Both the position numbers and the translations under genes were made by a program. From assembly GCA_030390025.1 (NCBI GenBank), contig CM059432.1:74650001-74714000 (forward strand): DNA of 64,000 nucleotides, written 5' to 3'. Below are positions 12,405-25,021 of this stretch, one piece after another (the stretch's first letter is position 1; each line of letters opens with the position of its first letter). A model generated the notes under the pieces. It ran no database searches. It was not told the origin of the DNA and worked only from the letters and a program-made list of their open reading frames with translations. Origin of the DNA: Squalus acanthias (lineage: Eukaryota).

Positions 12405-13165
12405 GGGGTAAAAATTGAGTCGCGCCCCATTTGGGGCGCTAACCTCGCCGGGGCGCGACTTTTAGCGCCCCGAAAAAATTAGCGGCCCCGCGCCGGAACT
12501 TCAGTGGTTGCGCCCCAAGAGGGAAGCGGGGCGCCACTGGAAGCACCCCGCATCCCTCTTGGGGCGCTGCGAGTGAATATCCTGGCGCTACGTGCCGCAG
12601 CGCCATGCGCTGCGGCACGTCGCGCCGCGGTATTGCAGGCCTTCCTCCCCTTCTTAAAGGGGAGGGCCCCTGCGCAGCGCGAACCGGGGCCCAGCTGGGC
12701 CCCCAGGGATCGGGAGTGCCGGCAAAAGAGCCCGGCACTCAAGAGAAGTGCCGGGCTCTTGGAGCGCAGCCGGCACTTCACGGTGGGGGGGCTTCACGGG
12801 GGCCGGGGGCAGGTGCTGGCAGGCGGCCAGCAACAAAAATGGCCGCCTGCCACCTCCCCTTTAAATATCGCCGCCCCGGCCGCACGTACGCCTCCCTGAA
12901 CCCGTCGGACATAGCGTCTGGCAGTAAATCAGGGGGCGCGACTGAAGATCGCGGCTGGAGCGCGAGCGGGGTGCTGCGCACGGCGATGACGTCATCGCCG
13001 GCGGCGCAGCACCACAGGGCGCTACCGGCTGGCGCCGCCGCTAACTTCCCGCTGAATTTTTCGGGAGGCGTGGGCGGCGCTGCGCCCGGGCGTTAGCTGC
13101 TTTACGCCCCATTAGCGCCCTCTTAAGGCGCTAACGGGAGGCGCAAGCAGCTGAATTTTTCCCCC
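12405..13165 (-). mobile_element. Harbinger MITE A (761 bp, very GC/CpG rich), H2-type ends
   Basis: GGGGTAAAAATT / AATTTTTCCCCC, AAA TSD; the right end matches the H2 left end in reverse; host frame ERK-DLSS restored. Confidence 0.92.
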
Positions 13166-13252
13166 AAAGGATCTTAGCTCTGAAAATCAAGAAGCGAGTG
13201 GTGATGACCTGGAATTCACTGCTGACAGAAGTGGTGGTAGTGGAGACACTCA

Positions 13253-14145
13253 GGGGTAGAAATTAGGTCGCGCCCCATTTGGGGCGCAAATATCGTCTGG
13301 ACGCAAATATAAGCGCCTGGCGCTAATTATCGGCACTGACTGGAAACTTCACTTTTACCGCCCTGGGAGGTGAGTGGAACGCTTAAGCAGGCGCTGCACA
13401 CCTGTCTTAAGGCGCAAAGGCCGAGCAGTGAGGCGCTAACTCAGAGCGCTGGCGAAGCTCATGTAATGTCAGTCAGCAATGGAACACACACACAATGGCA
13501 TGGGCCAGTTCTTAAAGGGGATGGTTAATCTTGCTTTCCATCCACATCCTGTTCATTGCAGCCTTGAATCTCGGCCTGGAGAGACTTGCACATCAAATGT
13601 GCTGGAAAGAACAATGGAGAGTACCAGGCAAAGAGCTCAGAGTGCAGCTCCCACAGTCTCTGCTAAATCGATACAAGGAATGGCAAATCAAAATGAACCT
13701 GCAAAGTGCTGCTCAGTACCCAAAACTCCTTCACACAACGTTGAATCTCTCCAGAAGTCTCTCCCTCTCTCTCTCAGAATGCGTAGTTCAAAAATGCCAC
13801 CAACAATAAAAGACAGGAAGAGGCCCCCTTTAAATAGCGCCCCCCCCAGCCCCACAGCGATTGATAGCGTTCCAGTCTTCTAGTCGTTGGAAGCGCCAGG
13901 CGGTAAGGCAGGGGGCGCCACTCAATTTCCGCGCCGGGGCGCCACAAGGGCGTTGCACCATGGAATGACGTCACAATCTGCGCGCGCAGGTGGTCGCAGC
14001 GGTAAGTTTTAGCGCCGCCGCACAATGTCAAGTTAAGTTCCCGAGCGGCGCAAACATCGCTGCGCCCGGGCGTTAGCGGCTTTGCGCCCCATTAGCGCCC
14101 TCTTAAGGCGCTAACGGGAGGCGCAACCAACTGAATTTTTACCCC
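13253..14145 (-). mobile_element. Harbinger MITE B (893 bp), non-autonomous relative of H2
   Basis: TIRs as in H2, TCA TSD; several hundred bp at both ends nearly identical to the H2 ends. Confidence 0.95.
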
Positions 14146-14305
14146 TCAATGTTTTCAAGGGGACACTGGATAGGCACTTGAGGGAAATAAACTTGCAGGG
14201 CTACGGGGATAGAGCGGGGGAATGGGACTGACTGGATTGCTCTACAGAGAGCTGGCATGGGCTCAATGGGCCGAATGGCCTCCTTCTGTGCCATTATGAC
14301 TCTAT

Positions 14306-15198
14306 GGGGTAAAAATTCAGTTGGTTGCGCCTCCCGTTAGCGCCTTAAGAGGGCGCTAATGGGGCGCAAAGCCGCTAACGCCCGGGCGCAGCGATGTTTG
14401 CGCCGCTCGGGAACTTAACTTGACATTGTGCGGCGGCGCTAAAACTTACCGCTGCGACCACCTGCGCGCGCAGATTGTGACGTCATTCCATGGTGCAACG
14501 CCCTTGTGGCGCCCCGGCGCGGAAATTGAGTGGCGCCCCCTGCCTTACCGCCTGGCGCTTCCAACGACCAGAAGACTGGAACGCTATCAATCGCTGTGGG
14601 GCTGGGGGGGGCGCCATTTAAAGGGGGCCTCTTCCTGTCTTTTATTGTTGGTGGCATTTTTGAACTACGCATTCAGAGAGAGAGAGGGAGAGACTTCTGG
14701 AGAGATTCAACATTGTGTGAAGGAGTTTTGGGTACTGAGCAGCACTTTGCAGGTTCATTTTGATTTGCCATTCCTTGTATCGATTTAGCAGAGACTGTGG
14801 GAGCTGCACTCTGAGCTCTTTGCCTGGTACTCTCCATTGTTCTTTCCAGCACATTTGATGTGCAAGTCTCTCCAGGCCGAGATTCAAGGCTGCAATGAAC
14901 AGGATGTGGATGGAAAGCAAGATTAACCATCCCCTTTAAGAACTGGCCCGTGCCATTGTGTGTGTGTTCCATTGCTGACTGACATTACATGAGCTTCGCC
15001 AGCGCTCTGAGTTAGCGCCTCACTGCTCGGCCTTTGCGCCTTAAGACAGGTGTGCAGCGCCTGCTTTAGCGCTCCACTCACCTCCCGGGGCGGTAAAAGT
15101 GAAGTTTCCAGTCAGTGCCGATAATTAGCGCCAGGCGCTAATATTTGCGTCCAGATGATATTTGCGCCCCAAATGGGGCGCGACCTAATTTCTACCCC
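14306..15198 (+). mobile_element. Harbinger MITE C (893 bp), inverted near-identical copy of MITE B
   Basis: GGGGTAAAAATT / AATTTCTACCCC, TAT TSD inside a TATGACTC tail. Confidence 0.95.
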
Positions 15199-16128
15199 TA
15201 TGACTCTAAGTAGAATCCGTTTGGATGGAGCTAAGAAACAGCAAGGGGCAGAAAACATTGGTGGGAGTTGTTTATAGGCCCCCAAACAGTAGTTGTAATG
15301 TAGGGCAGAGTATAAATCAGGAAATTAGAGGCGCATATAACAAGGGTAATACAGTAATCATGGGGGACTTTAATCTACATATAGACTGGGCAAACCAAAT
15401 TTGCAGTAATAGTGTGGAGGATGAATTCATGGAATTTATGCAAGATAGTTTTCTAGATCAGTATGTTGAGGAACCAACAAGGGGACAGGCTATTTTAGAT
15501 CTAGCATTGTGCAATGAGAAAGGGTTAATTAATAACCTTGCAGTAAAGGGGCCTTTACAGAAGAGTGACCATAATATGATAGAATTTTATATTGAGTTTG
15601 AAAGTGATTTAGTTAAATCCAAAACTAGGGTCTTAAATCTAAACAAAGCAAACTACGTGGACATGAAGGGCGAGTTGGCTAAGGTAGATTGGGAAACTAC
15701 ATTAAAAGGCATGACGGTAGACAAGCAATGGCTAGCATTTAAAGAATTAATACATAATTTACAACAAATATACATTCCTTTGAGGCACAAAAACCCCACA
15801 GGAAAAGTGGTCCAACCATGGCTAACAAGAGAAGTTAAAGATAGTATTAGATCAAAGGAAGAGGCTTATAATGCTGCCAAAAAGAGTAGTAAGCCTGAGG
15901 ATTGGGAGTATTTTAGAATTCAGCAAAGGAGGGCCAAGAAATTGATAAAGAAAGGGAAAATAGAATGAGAGTAAACTAGCGAGAGACATAAAAACAAACT
16001 GTAAAAGCTTCTATAGGTATGTAAAAAGGAAAAGATTAGCAAAAGTAAATGTGGGTCCCTTACAGGCTGAGACAGGAGAGATTATAATGGAGAATAAGGA
16101 AATGGCAGAGAAATTAAACAAATACTTT

Positions 16129-16922
16129 GGGCTGGATTTTCTCAATGGAGATGTGCTGGAGGCGAGACTTCTGGTTTCTGGGTTTCAGTCCTGCCCTCAG
16201 CGACATCTGACCAACCCACGCAATTTTCCCTTGATTGGCCTTGTTAAGCCCACCGGCCAATTAAGGGAAAGCCGGTGACAGATGACATCAGCGTATGACG
16301 CTTCATCTGTCGAAATTTTTTTGACAGATGAATTGTCAGCGTTTGACAGCTTTGAGAAGCTGTCAAACACTGACAATCTCTGTTCTAAGGTGAGCCCTTG
16401 CACACTGGCTCACCAAGACCTTTCTCCTCAGCAGAAAGCAGATGGCTGCTGCATCTGAGAATGCAGCAGCCATTCTGTCATCTCTGCCGTTGACATGAGG
16501 CACCTCCGGATCCTCAAAGGTGGAAGTCTGCAGAAAGAAGCAAAGGTAAGGAAACTTTTTCCAACACTTTACACTCTCCTCTCATACTTACCTCTCCACA
16601 CTTGCACCCATCACTCACCTCTACAGCTGACATTTCGACCCCTCTCACCCCCGCAGACTCACTGCTCGCTTCGCTGACCCTGGTGGGGTTTCCCGACGTC
16701 GGGCAGCCCGCATCAGCAGGCGTAAAATGGTGAAAAGCCTCTTAACTGCCTGTTAACTAACTGTTAACAGGCAGTTAATTGGCTCTAATCCCCTTCCCAC
16801 CTCCCGGGAAGATGGTTCGGAGGCGGGTTGGGAGTGGGGTTGGGACCTGCTCCCAATTTTTCCTATTTTCCCAGCAATCCCACCGCCAAACCCACCTCCT
16901 CAGGGCTGGTAAAATCCATCCC
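16129..16922. mobile_element. Harbinger-type MITE D (794 bp), GGGCTGG-type ends
   Basis: GGGCTGGATTTT / AAAATCCATCCC, TTT TSD; host frame NKYF-VSVFT restored. Confidence 0.9.
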
Positions 16923-18755
16923 TTTGTGTCTGTCTTCACAGAAGAAGACGCAAAAACTTCCCGGAATTAGTGAAGAACCAAGGATCTAGCGAGAATGAGG
17001 AACTGAAAGAAATTAGTATTATTAAAAAATTAGTATTGGAGAAATTAATTGGACTGAAAGCCGATAAATCCCCCTGGACCTGATGGCCTACATCCTAGGT
17101 TTTTAAAAGAGGTGGCTATAGAGATAGTGGATGCATTGGCTGTCATTTTCCAAAATTCCATAGATCCTGGAATGGTTCCCTTGGATTGGAAGGTAGCAAA
17201 TGTAACCCCACTATTTAAGAAAGGAGGGAGAGAGAAAATGGGGAACTACAGACCAGTTAGCCTGACATCAGTAGTAGGGAAAATGCTAGAATCTATTATT
17301 AAGGACGTGGTAACAGGGCACTTAGAAAATAATAATAGGATTGGGCAGAATCAACACGGATTTATGAAAGGGAAATCGTGTTTGACGAATCTGTTAGAGT
17401 TTTTTGAGGTTGTAACTAACAGAATAGATAAGGGGGAACCAGTGGATGTGGTGTATTTGGATTTTCAGAAGGGATTCGATAAGGTGTCACACAAGAGGTT
17501 ATTAAACAAAATTAGGGCTCATGGGATGGGGGGTAATATACTAGCATGGATTGAGGATTTGTTAACGGACAGAAAACAGAGAGTAGGAATAAACGGGTCA
17601 TTTTTGGGTTGGCAGGCTGTAACTAGTGGGGCACTACAAAGATCAGTGCTTGGGCCTCAGCTATTCACAATCCATATCAATGATTTGGATGAGGGGGCCA
17701 AATGTAATATATTCAAGTTTGCTGATGATACAAAGCTAGGTGGGAATGTAAGTTGTGAGGAGGATGCAAGGAGGCTTCAAGGGGATATAGACAGGCTAAA
17801 TGAGTGAGCAAGAACATGGCAAATGGAATATAATGTGGATAAATGTGAAGTTATCCACTTCAGTAGGAAAAATAGAAAAGCAGATTATTTTTTAAATGGT
17901 GAGAGATTGGGAAATGTTGGTGTTCAGAGGGACCTGGGTGTCCTTGTACACGAATCACTGAAAGTTAACATGGAGGTACAGCAAGCAATTAGGAAAGCAA
18001 ATGGTATGTTGGCCTTTATTACAAGAAGATTTGAGTATAAGAGTAAAGATGTCTTAATGCAATTATATAGGGTCCTGGTGAGACCGCACCTGGAGTATTG
18101 TGTACAGTTTTGGTCTCCTTACCTAAGGAAGGATATACTTGCCATAGAGGGAGTGCAACGAAGGTTCACCAGACTGATTCCTGGGATGGGGGGATTGTCT
18201 GATGAGGACAGATTGAGTCGACTAGGCCAATATTCTCTAGAGTTTAGAAAAATGAGAGGTGATCTCCTTGAAACATACAAAATTCTTACAGGGCTTGACA
18301 GGGTAGATGCAGGGAGAATGTTATCCCTGGCTGGGAGTCTAGAACCAGGGGTCACAATCTCAGAATAAGGGGTCGGCCATTTAGGACTGAGATGAGAAGT
18401 TTCTTCACTCAGAGGGTGGTGAATCTTTGGAATTCTCTACCCCAGACAGCTGTGGAGGCTCAGTCATTGAGTATATTCAAGACAGAGATCGATGGATTTT
18501 TGAATGTTGAGGGAATCAAGGGATATGGGGATAGTGCAGGAAAGTGGAGATGAGGTAGAAGATCAGCCATGATCTTATTGAATGGCGGAGCAGGCTCAAA
18601 GGGTCAAATGGCCTACTCCTGCTCCTATTTCTTATGTTCTTATGGTCTTATGATAGGCACTGAAATCTGGATATGTGAGCACACATTCTCATACTCAGCC
18701 TCCAAATAACAACTTCCAGCAGCGGTCATTCCAAGACTGAGAGGTTCCTTTTCAG

Positions 18756-18908
18756 GAGTGCGGTTTAAACAGAGTGCCGCGAGTTGGGCGAGTCAGGGAG
18801 TCTTGTGAGGAGTGGAAGGAGGAGCTCCCTTGCTTCGCCTTTGTTGGCGAGATACAGGCTGCGAGATTCTCAGCTCAGCTCAGCTCAGCTCGGTGCTGTG
18901 TGAACGGG
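18756..18908 (+). repeat. Shared 5'-leader cassette, copy 1 (lacks the TATA-containing upstream half)
   Basis: GAGTGCGGTTTAAACAGAGTG..GAGGAGTGGAAGGAGGAGCTCCCTTGCTTCGCCTTTGTT..(CTCAG)n..GTGTGAACGGG matches 23223-23369 and 25917-26006. Confidence 0.9.
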
Positions 18909-21900
18909 ACTGAGTGCAGTTTGAACAGAGTGCTGAGAAGAGGAGAGGAGAGGAAAGGTCTCTCTCTGTGCCTAGGAGAAGAAGACAGAGCCACGAAGGA
19001 CAGAGTGGAGACCCTTTCCACCTCCACCACGCCTGTTGCTACTACAACTATTACTGCTGAGGTGCCAGGAGAGAGGAGAGGAGAGAGAGGAGAGACCTAC
19101 GTCAACTGGGGGAGGTGAGGTCGGGGATTAATCCAATCCCGCTCGGCTGCAGGGAGGCCAGCCTCCGGCACGTCTTCTCCTTCCGGCGCCAGCTATTTAT
19201 CCAGCTGGTGCGGGAGGAGGACACAGAGGGCGCGTTTGTCGTCCAACACGAGGGGACTGCCTACCGCTTCTGGATGTCGGACGGTGTGCGGTGCCACGCC
19301 TGCAAGGAGGTGGGGCACATAAGAAGGAACTGCCCCACCTCCAAGGCCGCCAAAACATGAGTCACCTCTCCAACATTTCCGGCGGGGTGGCTATCTTGCT
19401 GGCCCCGCATTTTCAGCCGGAGATCTTGGGGGTCAAGGAGCATGTGCCGGGCCGCTTGCTCCAGGTTACTGTTCGCCTGGGGGGCGTGCCACTCCATTTA
19501 GTGAACGTGTACACCCCCCAGGCCGGTGCGCAGCAAGTGCGCTTCTTCAAAGAAGTGTCCGCTCTTCTGGGCACCGTCAACGTCGGCGAGTGCGTCATCC
19601 TCGGGGGGGATTTTAATTGTACCCTTGAGGCGAGGGACCGTTCCGGTCTCCCGCGAAGCCTGGCGGCGACAGTGAAGTTGAGGGACCTGGTCGGGTCCCT
19701 CGACTTGGTGGACATCTGGCGGAATCTCCATCCCGACTCCAGCACCTTCACTTGGGTGGGGTCTGGAGGAGGAAGGTCCAGAATCGACCACCTTTATATT
19801 TCCCGGGTGTACGTCTCCTGCGTTCCGGCGGCTTCCATGCGGCCGGTGCCGTGCACGGACCACCACCTGGTGTGGGCGGAGCTCGCTCCGTTGCGCGCGC
19901 CGGGGGAATCCGCGTACTGGCATTTTAACAACCTACTGCTGGAGGATGAGCGGTTCCGGGATTCGTTTCGTCGGTTCTGGGCCGACTGGCGAAGGAAGCT
20001 GGGGGGCTTCCCCTCCTTGAGGCTATGGTGGGACGTGGGCAAGGCTCACGTCCATTTCTTCTGTCACGAGTACGCGAGGGGGTTGACCAAGAGGCGGGAG
20101 GCCTGGGTCGGGCGGTTGGAGAAAGAAGTGCTCGACCTGGAGTCCCGTCTCGGTCAAGTCGTCGAAGACCCGGCCCTGCGGAAGGTGTACGAAGAGAAGA
20201 AGGGCGCGCTCAAGGACCTGCAGCTCGTCGGGTCCCGAGACGCGTACGTGAGGTCGCAGATCCAGTTCCTCCGGGAACTGGACCGCGGCTCCCCCTTCTT
20301 CTACTCGCTGGAAAAAGGACGGGGGGTCCGTAAGCAGCTCTTGGGGCTGCTGGCCGACGACGAGGGAATCAGCGCGGAGACCCGGGCCTATTACGGGGCT
20401 CTGTTCTCTCCGGATCCGTCCAGCGAAGATGCGCGCAGAGATTTGTGGGAGGACCTGCCGAAGGTCGGCCCGGAGGTCGCCGAGAAATTGGAAGCTCCGC
20501 TAAGCCTGGCGGAGCTGACCGGCGCCCTGTGCCAGCTCTCGAGGGGAAAGTCCCCGGGGCTGGACGGGCTGACTGTGGAGTTCCACAGGGCGTTCTGGGA
20601 CGTCTTGGGGGGCGACTATACGCGGGACCTGGGGGAAAGTCTGGCGACCGGGTAGATGCCCCTCTCTTGGCGCAGGGTGGTCATCGTCCTGCTGCCCAAG
20701 AGGGGTGATCTCCACCTCTTAAAAAACTGGCACCCGGTCTCTCTCCTCAGCACGGACTATAAAATTTTTGCCAGGGCTATGTCTGCCCGCCTTGGCACCG
20801 TGCTGGCCCACATGATCCACCCCGACCAGTCCTACACGGTCCCGGGCCGGACCATCCATGACAACATCCATCTGGTCCGGGACCTGGTCCACCTTTCCCA
20901 GAGGGCTGGTCTGTCGGTCGCCTTCCACTCCCTGGATCAGGAGAAGGCGTTCGACAGGGTGGATCACGAGTATCTTTTCGGAACTCTGCGCGCATTCGGG
21001 TTCGGGACGCATTTCGTCGCCCGGATCCGACTTCTGTACGCCGCCGCGGAGTGTCTGATTAAAGTTAACTGGTCTTTGACGGCGCCCCTTCGCTTCGGGA
21101 AGGGGGTACGTCAGGGATGCCCCATATCCGGTCAGTTATACACCGTTTGCGTGGAGCCTTTCCTGCGCCTCTTGCGGAAGAGGTTGACGGGACTGGCTCT
21201 GCAAGGGCCGGGCGTGGAGGTCGTCCTCTTGGCTTACGCCGATGACGTGCTCCTCATGGTTACGGATCCCATCGACTTGCGGAGGATGCGAGAATGCCAG
21301 CAGATTTACTCGGACGCATCCTCCGCCAGGATCAACTGGGAGAAATGTTCTGGACTCCTGGTGGGCCAATGGTGGGTGGACCCCCTGCCGGAGGAGTTCA
21401 GGCCCTTGGAGCACAACGCACCTCCTCTACTTGGGAGTCTACCTCGGCCCTGCTGAGGACACCTGGCCGGCGAACTGGCAAGAGCTGGAGGCCAAATTCA
21501 CCGCTCGCCTAGGACGCTGGACGGGGTTGCTCCGAGTGTTGTCCTACAGGGGTCGAGCGCTGGTCATAAACCAGCTGGTGGCCGCCATGTTGTGGTACCG
21601 GTTGGTCACTTTGATCCCTCCCCCTGCGTTTGTCGCCAAGATACAGAAGATGCTCATCGACTTCTTCTGGGACAAAAGGAAGCACTGGGTCTCTGCCGCG
21701 GTTCTGTGTCTCCCGCTTAGGGAGGGCGGTCAGGCGCTGGTGTGCATTCGCACCCAGGCGGCGACTTTCCGTCTTCAGACGCTGCAGAGGTACCTTTACG
21801 TCGAGAATCCTCCCAGATGGTGTGCGCTGGTGACGTATTTCTTCCGCCAGATGCACGGCCTCAACTACGACACGCAGCTCCTGTTTGTGGAATTGGGCCG

Positions 21901-23110
21901 CACGCGTGCCTACCTGTGGGAGCTGCCTGTCTTCTACCAGGAACTGCTATGGGTCTGGAACCAGGTCGCCTCCAGGCGGAGTTCTCCCCCGTCAGGAGCC
22001 GCTGCTCAGGAATCCGCACCTCCACGTCCGACGGATCGGGTGGCTGGTGGAGGGCAGGGCTGTGCCTGGCAAGGTGACCAGAGTCAGGGACCTGCTCGAT
22101 GGCAGAGGAGCGGGCTGGATGGCGCCGGAGGAGTTGGCGCGGCGCCTCTCCTGGGTCGATGTCTGGTGCGCGACCAAAGCCATCGAGTCGCTAAAAGTGG
22201 CACTGGGCCCGGACTCCACTAGGTGTATCGAGGAGGCTGAAGCACGTGTGGCGATCCCGTCCGAACTGACCTCCGTTCGGACGGAATTCCTCATCGGCGC
22301 GCGGCCCCGAAACCCCTCTCGGGAACCGGCGCCTCACAACTTGAGCCGTCTCGGGGAAATGCCCTCTGTGCCCTTCAGTTCTGCACGGAGGGGTTTCCTG
22401 TACGGGCTGCTGCTGCACACTTTCCAGTTTGTCATCTTCGCCTGCCGTCCGGACACGCCTTGGCGTGCCATCTTGCCGTCCGGCGGAGGCGAAGGTCCCC
22501 AATGGAGGGCTCTCTACGCGGGAGTCCTCCCCTTTTCTATTGGGGACCTGGCCTGGAGGGTGTTGCACGGAGCAGTCCCGTGCAATCAGTTTTTAAGTAG
22601 GTTCACGGACTCCCAGGCCGCCTGTCTTTTTTGCGGCCTCGAGGAGTCCGTGTTCCACGTGTACGCACAATGTGAGAGGTTGCAGCCCCTCTTTGAATAT
22701 TTGAAGGGGCTGCTCCTCGCTTTTTGGTTGCACTTCAGTCCCACGCTCCTGATCTATGGTCACCCGGTGCGGAGGGGAGAGGGCAGGTTGGAGGACCTCC
22801 TCGTAGGACTGCTCCTGGGCCTGGCCAAAGTGGCCATTAACAGGTCCAGGCAGCGGGCGGTCGAGGGGGTCGTTCGGCCCAATTGCCTGCCTCTCTTCCA
22901 TGGCTATGTTCGCGCCCGGGTGGCCCTGGAGATGGAGCACGCGGTGTCCACCGGCACGCTTGAAGCCTTCCGAGACCGGTGGGTACCGCAGGAACTGGAG
23001 TGCATCGTCTCCCCGGACAATGTTATTTTAGTTTAATGAGATAAGTTTCATTTGAAGTTTTGTTAATTTACAGTCGTTTTATGTTGACTCAAAAAGAGTT
23101 ACAAAAGAGT
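18909..23110 (+). mobile_element. Tx1-clade (L1 group) non-LTR retrotransposon, internally deleted
   Basis: ORF1 remnant with CCHC knuckle CHACKEVGHIRRNC joined to ORF2; short T-rich 3'UTR ending AAAAAGAGTTACAAAAGAGT. Confidence 0.9.
19357..23036 (+). pseudogene. Tx1-type ORF2 (APE + RT + C-terminal zinc finger); one stop (20653) and frameshifts near 21410 and 22000
   Basis: GGVAILL, GGDFN, SRID, TDH, WHFNNLLL, KSPGLDGL, DQEKAFDRV, GVRQGCPISG, YADD, CLFCGLEESVFHVYAQC. Confidence 0.92.
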
Positions 23111-23369
23111 TACAATTCAGAGCAGCTGAAGGCAGTTAATTAGGGAAACTAGATAAACTGGTTCTCCTGTAGCAGAACCCAGCAAGCTCCTTTGTTTCAG
23201 GGCCTATAAAAACAGGCTTTGCAGTGCGATTTAAACAGAGTGCTGTGAGTTGGAGGAGTCAGGGAGTAAGGTGAGGAGTGGAAGGAGGAGCTCCCTTGCT
23301 TCGCCTTTGTTGGAGAGACACAGGCTGTGAGAATATCAGCTCAGCTCAGCTCGGTGCTGTGTGAACGGG
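23111..23369 (+). promoter_or_regulatory. Shared TATA-promoter/leader cassette, copy 2
   Basis: TACAATTCAGAGCAGCTGAAGG..CCTATAAAAAC (TATA 23205-23211)..AAACAGAGTG; 18 bp shorter than copy 3 just downstream of the TATA. Promoter function inferred. Confidence 0.7.
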
Positions 23370-23873
23370 TGAGCGAGCATACCCCGGCTGCTTGCGGGGA
23401 ATGCTAGTACAGAGGGCCTGGTACAGAAGGCCCGGGGCGGGAAGGCTGTGAGATTCTCAGCTTAGCTTGGTGCTGTGTGAACGGGCTGTTCCACACCCCG
23501 GCTGCTCGCAGGTAATGCCAGTGCGGAGGGCCCAGTGCAGAAGGTCCAGGGTGAAAGACCCAGAGGAGAGTGGCCTAGGTGGGAGGCCCAGCACGGGGAA
23601 CCCCAGGCGGGGGGCCTAGGGTGGCCTAGGTGGGAGGCCCAGCATGGGGAACCCCAGGCGGGGGGCCGAGGGTGGAGCGGCTAGTCGGCAGAGGTGGAGT
23701 TGGGAGATGCTGTGGGTGAGCATGCTGCACTGGTTCTAAAAGTTCAAGAATGGTGTCGGGCCCGAATGAGTTCCAGCGGCCCTGTATGTGCCCTGTCTGG
23801 CGGCAGCTGTGAGGCTTTTTCTTGGTGACGGGATCGGGTTCGTGCGCCGCCATTTTGGTGGAGGAAAGACAAA

Positions 23874-24134
23874 GGGCTGGATTTTGATACAGGGGCGGGT
23901 TGGGGTCGTGTTATCCACCCGCCTGCAATTGGATGTGGGAGATTGATGCAATTTTCACTTAATTGGGCAATTGAGTTCCAGCATGTGGGAACCCATGAAC
24001 TAATTAGTGGTTTCAGTCTGAAAGTCACCTCTGATGATGTCATCATTGCAGGTCAGAGACTGCCTGGCTTTTGCTATGAGAGGACCAGGATGCAAAATGA
24101 GCACGCACACACACACACACAGAGACAGAGAGAC

Positions 24135-24188
<54 letters not shown>

Positions 24189-24406
24189 AAAGCCAAAGCC
24201 AAAGCCAAAGCCAAAGCCAATGCAGGGCTTGTTAAGGGCTTTAATGGCCTCTCCCGCCTCTTGCAGGCGGGACGGAGTCGGGAACACCGCACATGATTTT
24301 ATCAAAATTGCGTGAGGCGGGATGTGGTCGGGGACCCCGAAATCTGCAACTTTAACCCCCCCCACGCCTCCAAACCCGACTCCACGGGTCATTGGAAATC
24401 CAGCCC
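23874..24406 (+). mobile_element. Harbinger MITE E (533 bp), relative of H3
   Basis: GGGCTGGATTTTGATAC.. / AAATCCAGCCC, AAA TSD; both arms align by eye to the H3 ends; centre is microsatellite. Confidence 0.9.
24102..24220. repeat. Compound microsatellite (CA)n-(GAGACAGA)n-(GA)n-(GCCAAA)n
   Basis: Directly visible. Confidence 0.95.
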
Positions 24407-25021
24407 AAACTGTTTCCATCTGTAGCATGGCGCGTGAGCGGTCACAAGATGGAAAATGTGAACGGTTAAAAGTGGAAAAAAAAAGGAAAATTAAAGGAAG
24501 ATAAAAGACAAAACTAAGTCATATCGGTGAGGAATAATGAATATTTTTTGATGACTGGGTCCTGTGAGCGATAACAGCAAGTAGAAGAAAATCTGAGTTT
24601 TCTGTCTTTTTTACGGGATTAAGAAAGTGGATGATTTCTTTTCCGTGGAAAAGCTGAAGACTGTGGACAAGGACTGTGACATCACATGGTTTGACAAACA
24701 TCAAGTGAAAACGAGGAGTTATTAGATTGCCAATAGGACTGGCATAGAACTGGTATTTACTTGTTTTGTCGAAAAAAGTTTCAGGTTTTCTGGTTGAAAG
24801 CAATCTACTTGAAGTTTTAATTGATTTCTGATAAGGTTATGGGATTTTGCAGATTGTGTTGTTAATTAGTGTTTATGTAGAATTTGCTTTGAGATTATTG
24901 TCTAGTAAATGGTATGTCTTATAAAAAGGAAGAAAATAAGTTAATGGGGGGAAAATTAAAAGGAAGAAACATTGGTAAGAAATTTATGGCTGGCTTTCGG
25001 GGGGGAAAAAATGTCCTTATT

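Larger units (their letters stand above)
13195..15207 (+). mobile_element. 5'-truncated CR1 3' end (~220 bp net) that hosts MITEs B and C
   Basis: RVVMTWNSL..ETL-NVFKGTLDRHL..GYGDRAGEWD*, GGCCGAATGGCC stem-loop, TATGACTC tail, possible AAG TSD. Confidence 0.85.
12037..18553 (+). pseudogene. CR1 #1 ORF2 (APE endonuclease + reverse transcriptase), interrupted and with stops
   Basis: LYLNARSI, VYRPP, MGDFN, SDH; NYRPVSLTS, YLDFQKGFD, FADDTKL, LVRPHLEYCVQFWSP. Confidence 0.92.
6357..18652 (+). mobile_element. CR1-clade LINE #1, near full length, decayed and interrupted by several nested insertions
   Basis: 5'UTR, ORF1 (zinc finger/zipper plus SGNH esterase), ORF2 (APE plus RT), 3' stem-loop and (TCTTATGT)n-like tail at 18630-18652. 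The host reading frame rejoins across each insertion. Confidence 0.93.

Noticed and set aside
12439..13096. Overlapping ORFs and CpG-island-like promoter
   Set aside because: Entirely within MITE A; long ORFs are expected at this GC content.
23943..24428. ORFs with ER/AK/LS dipeptide repeats
   Set aside because: Translations of the microsatellite in MITE E.
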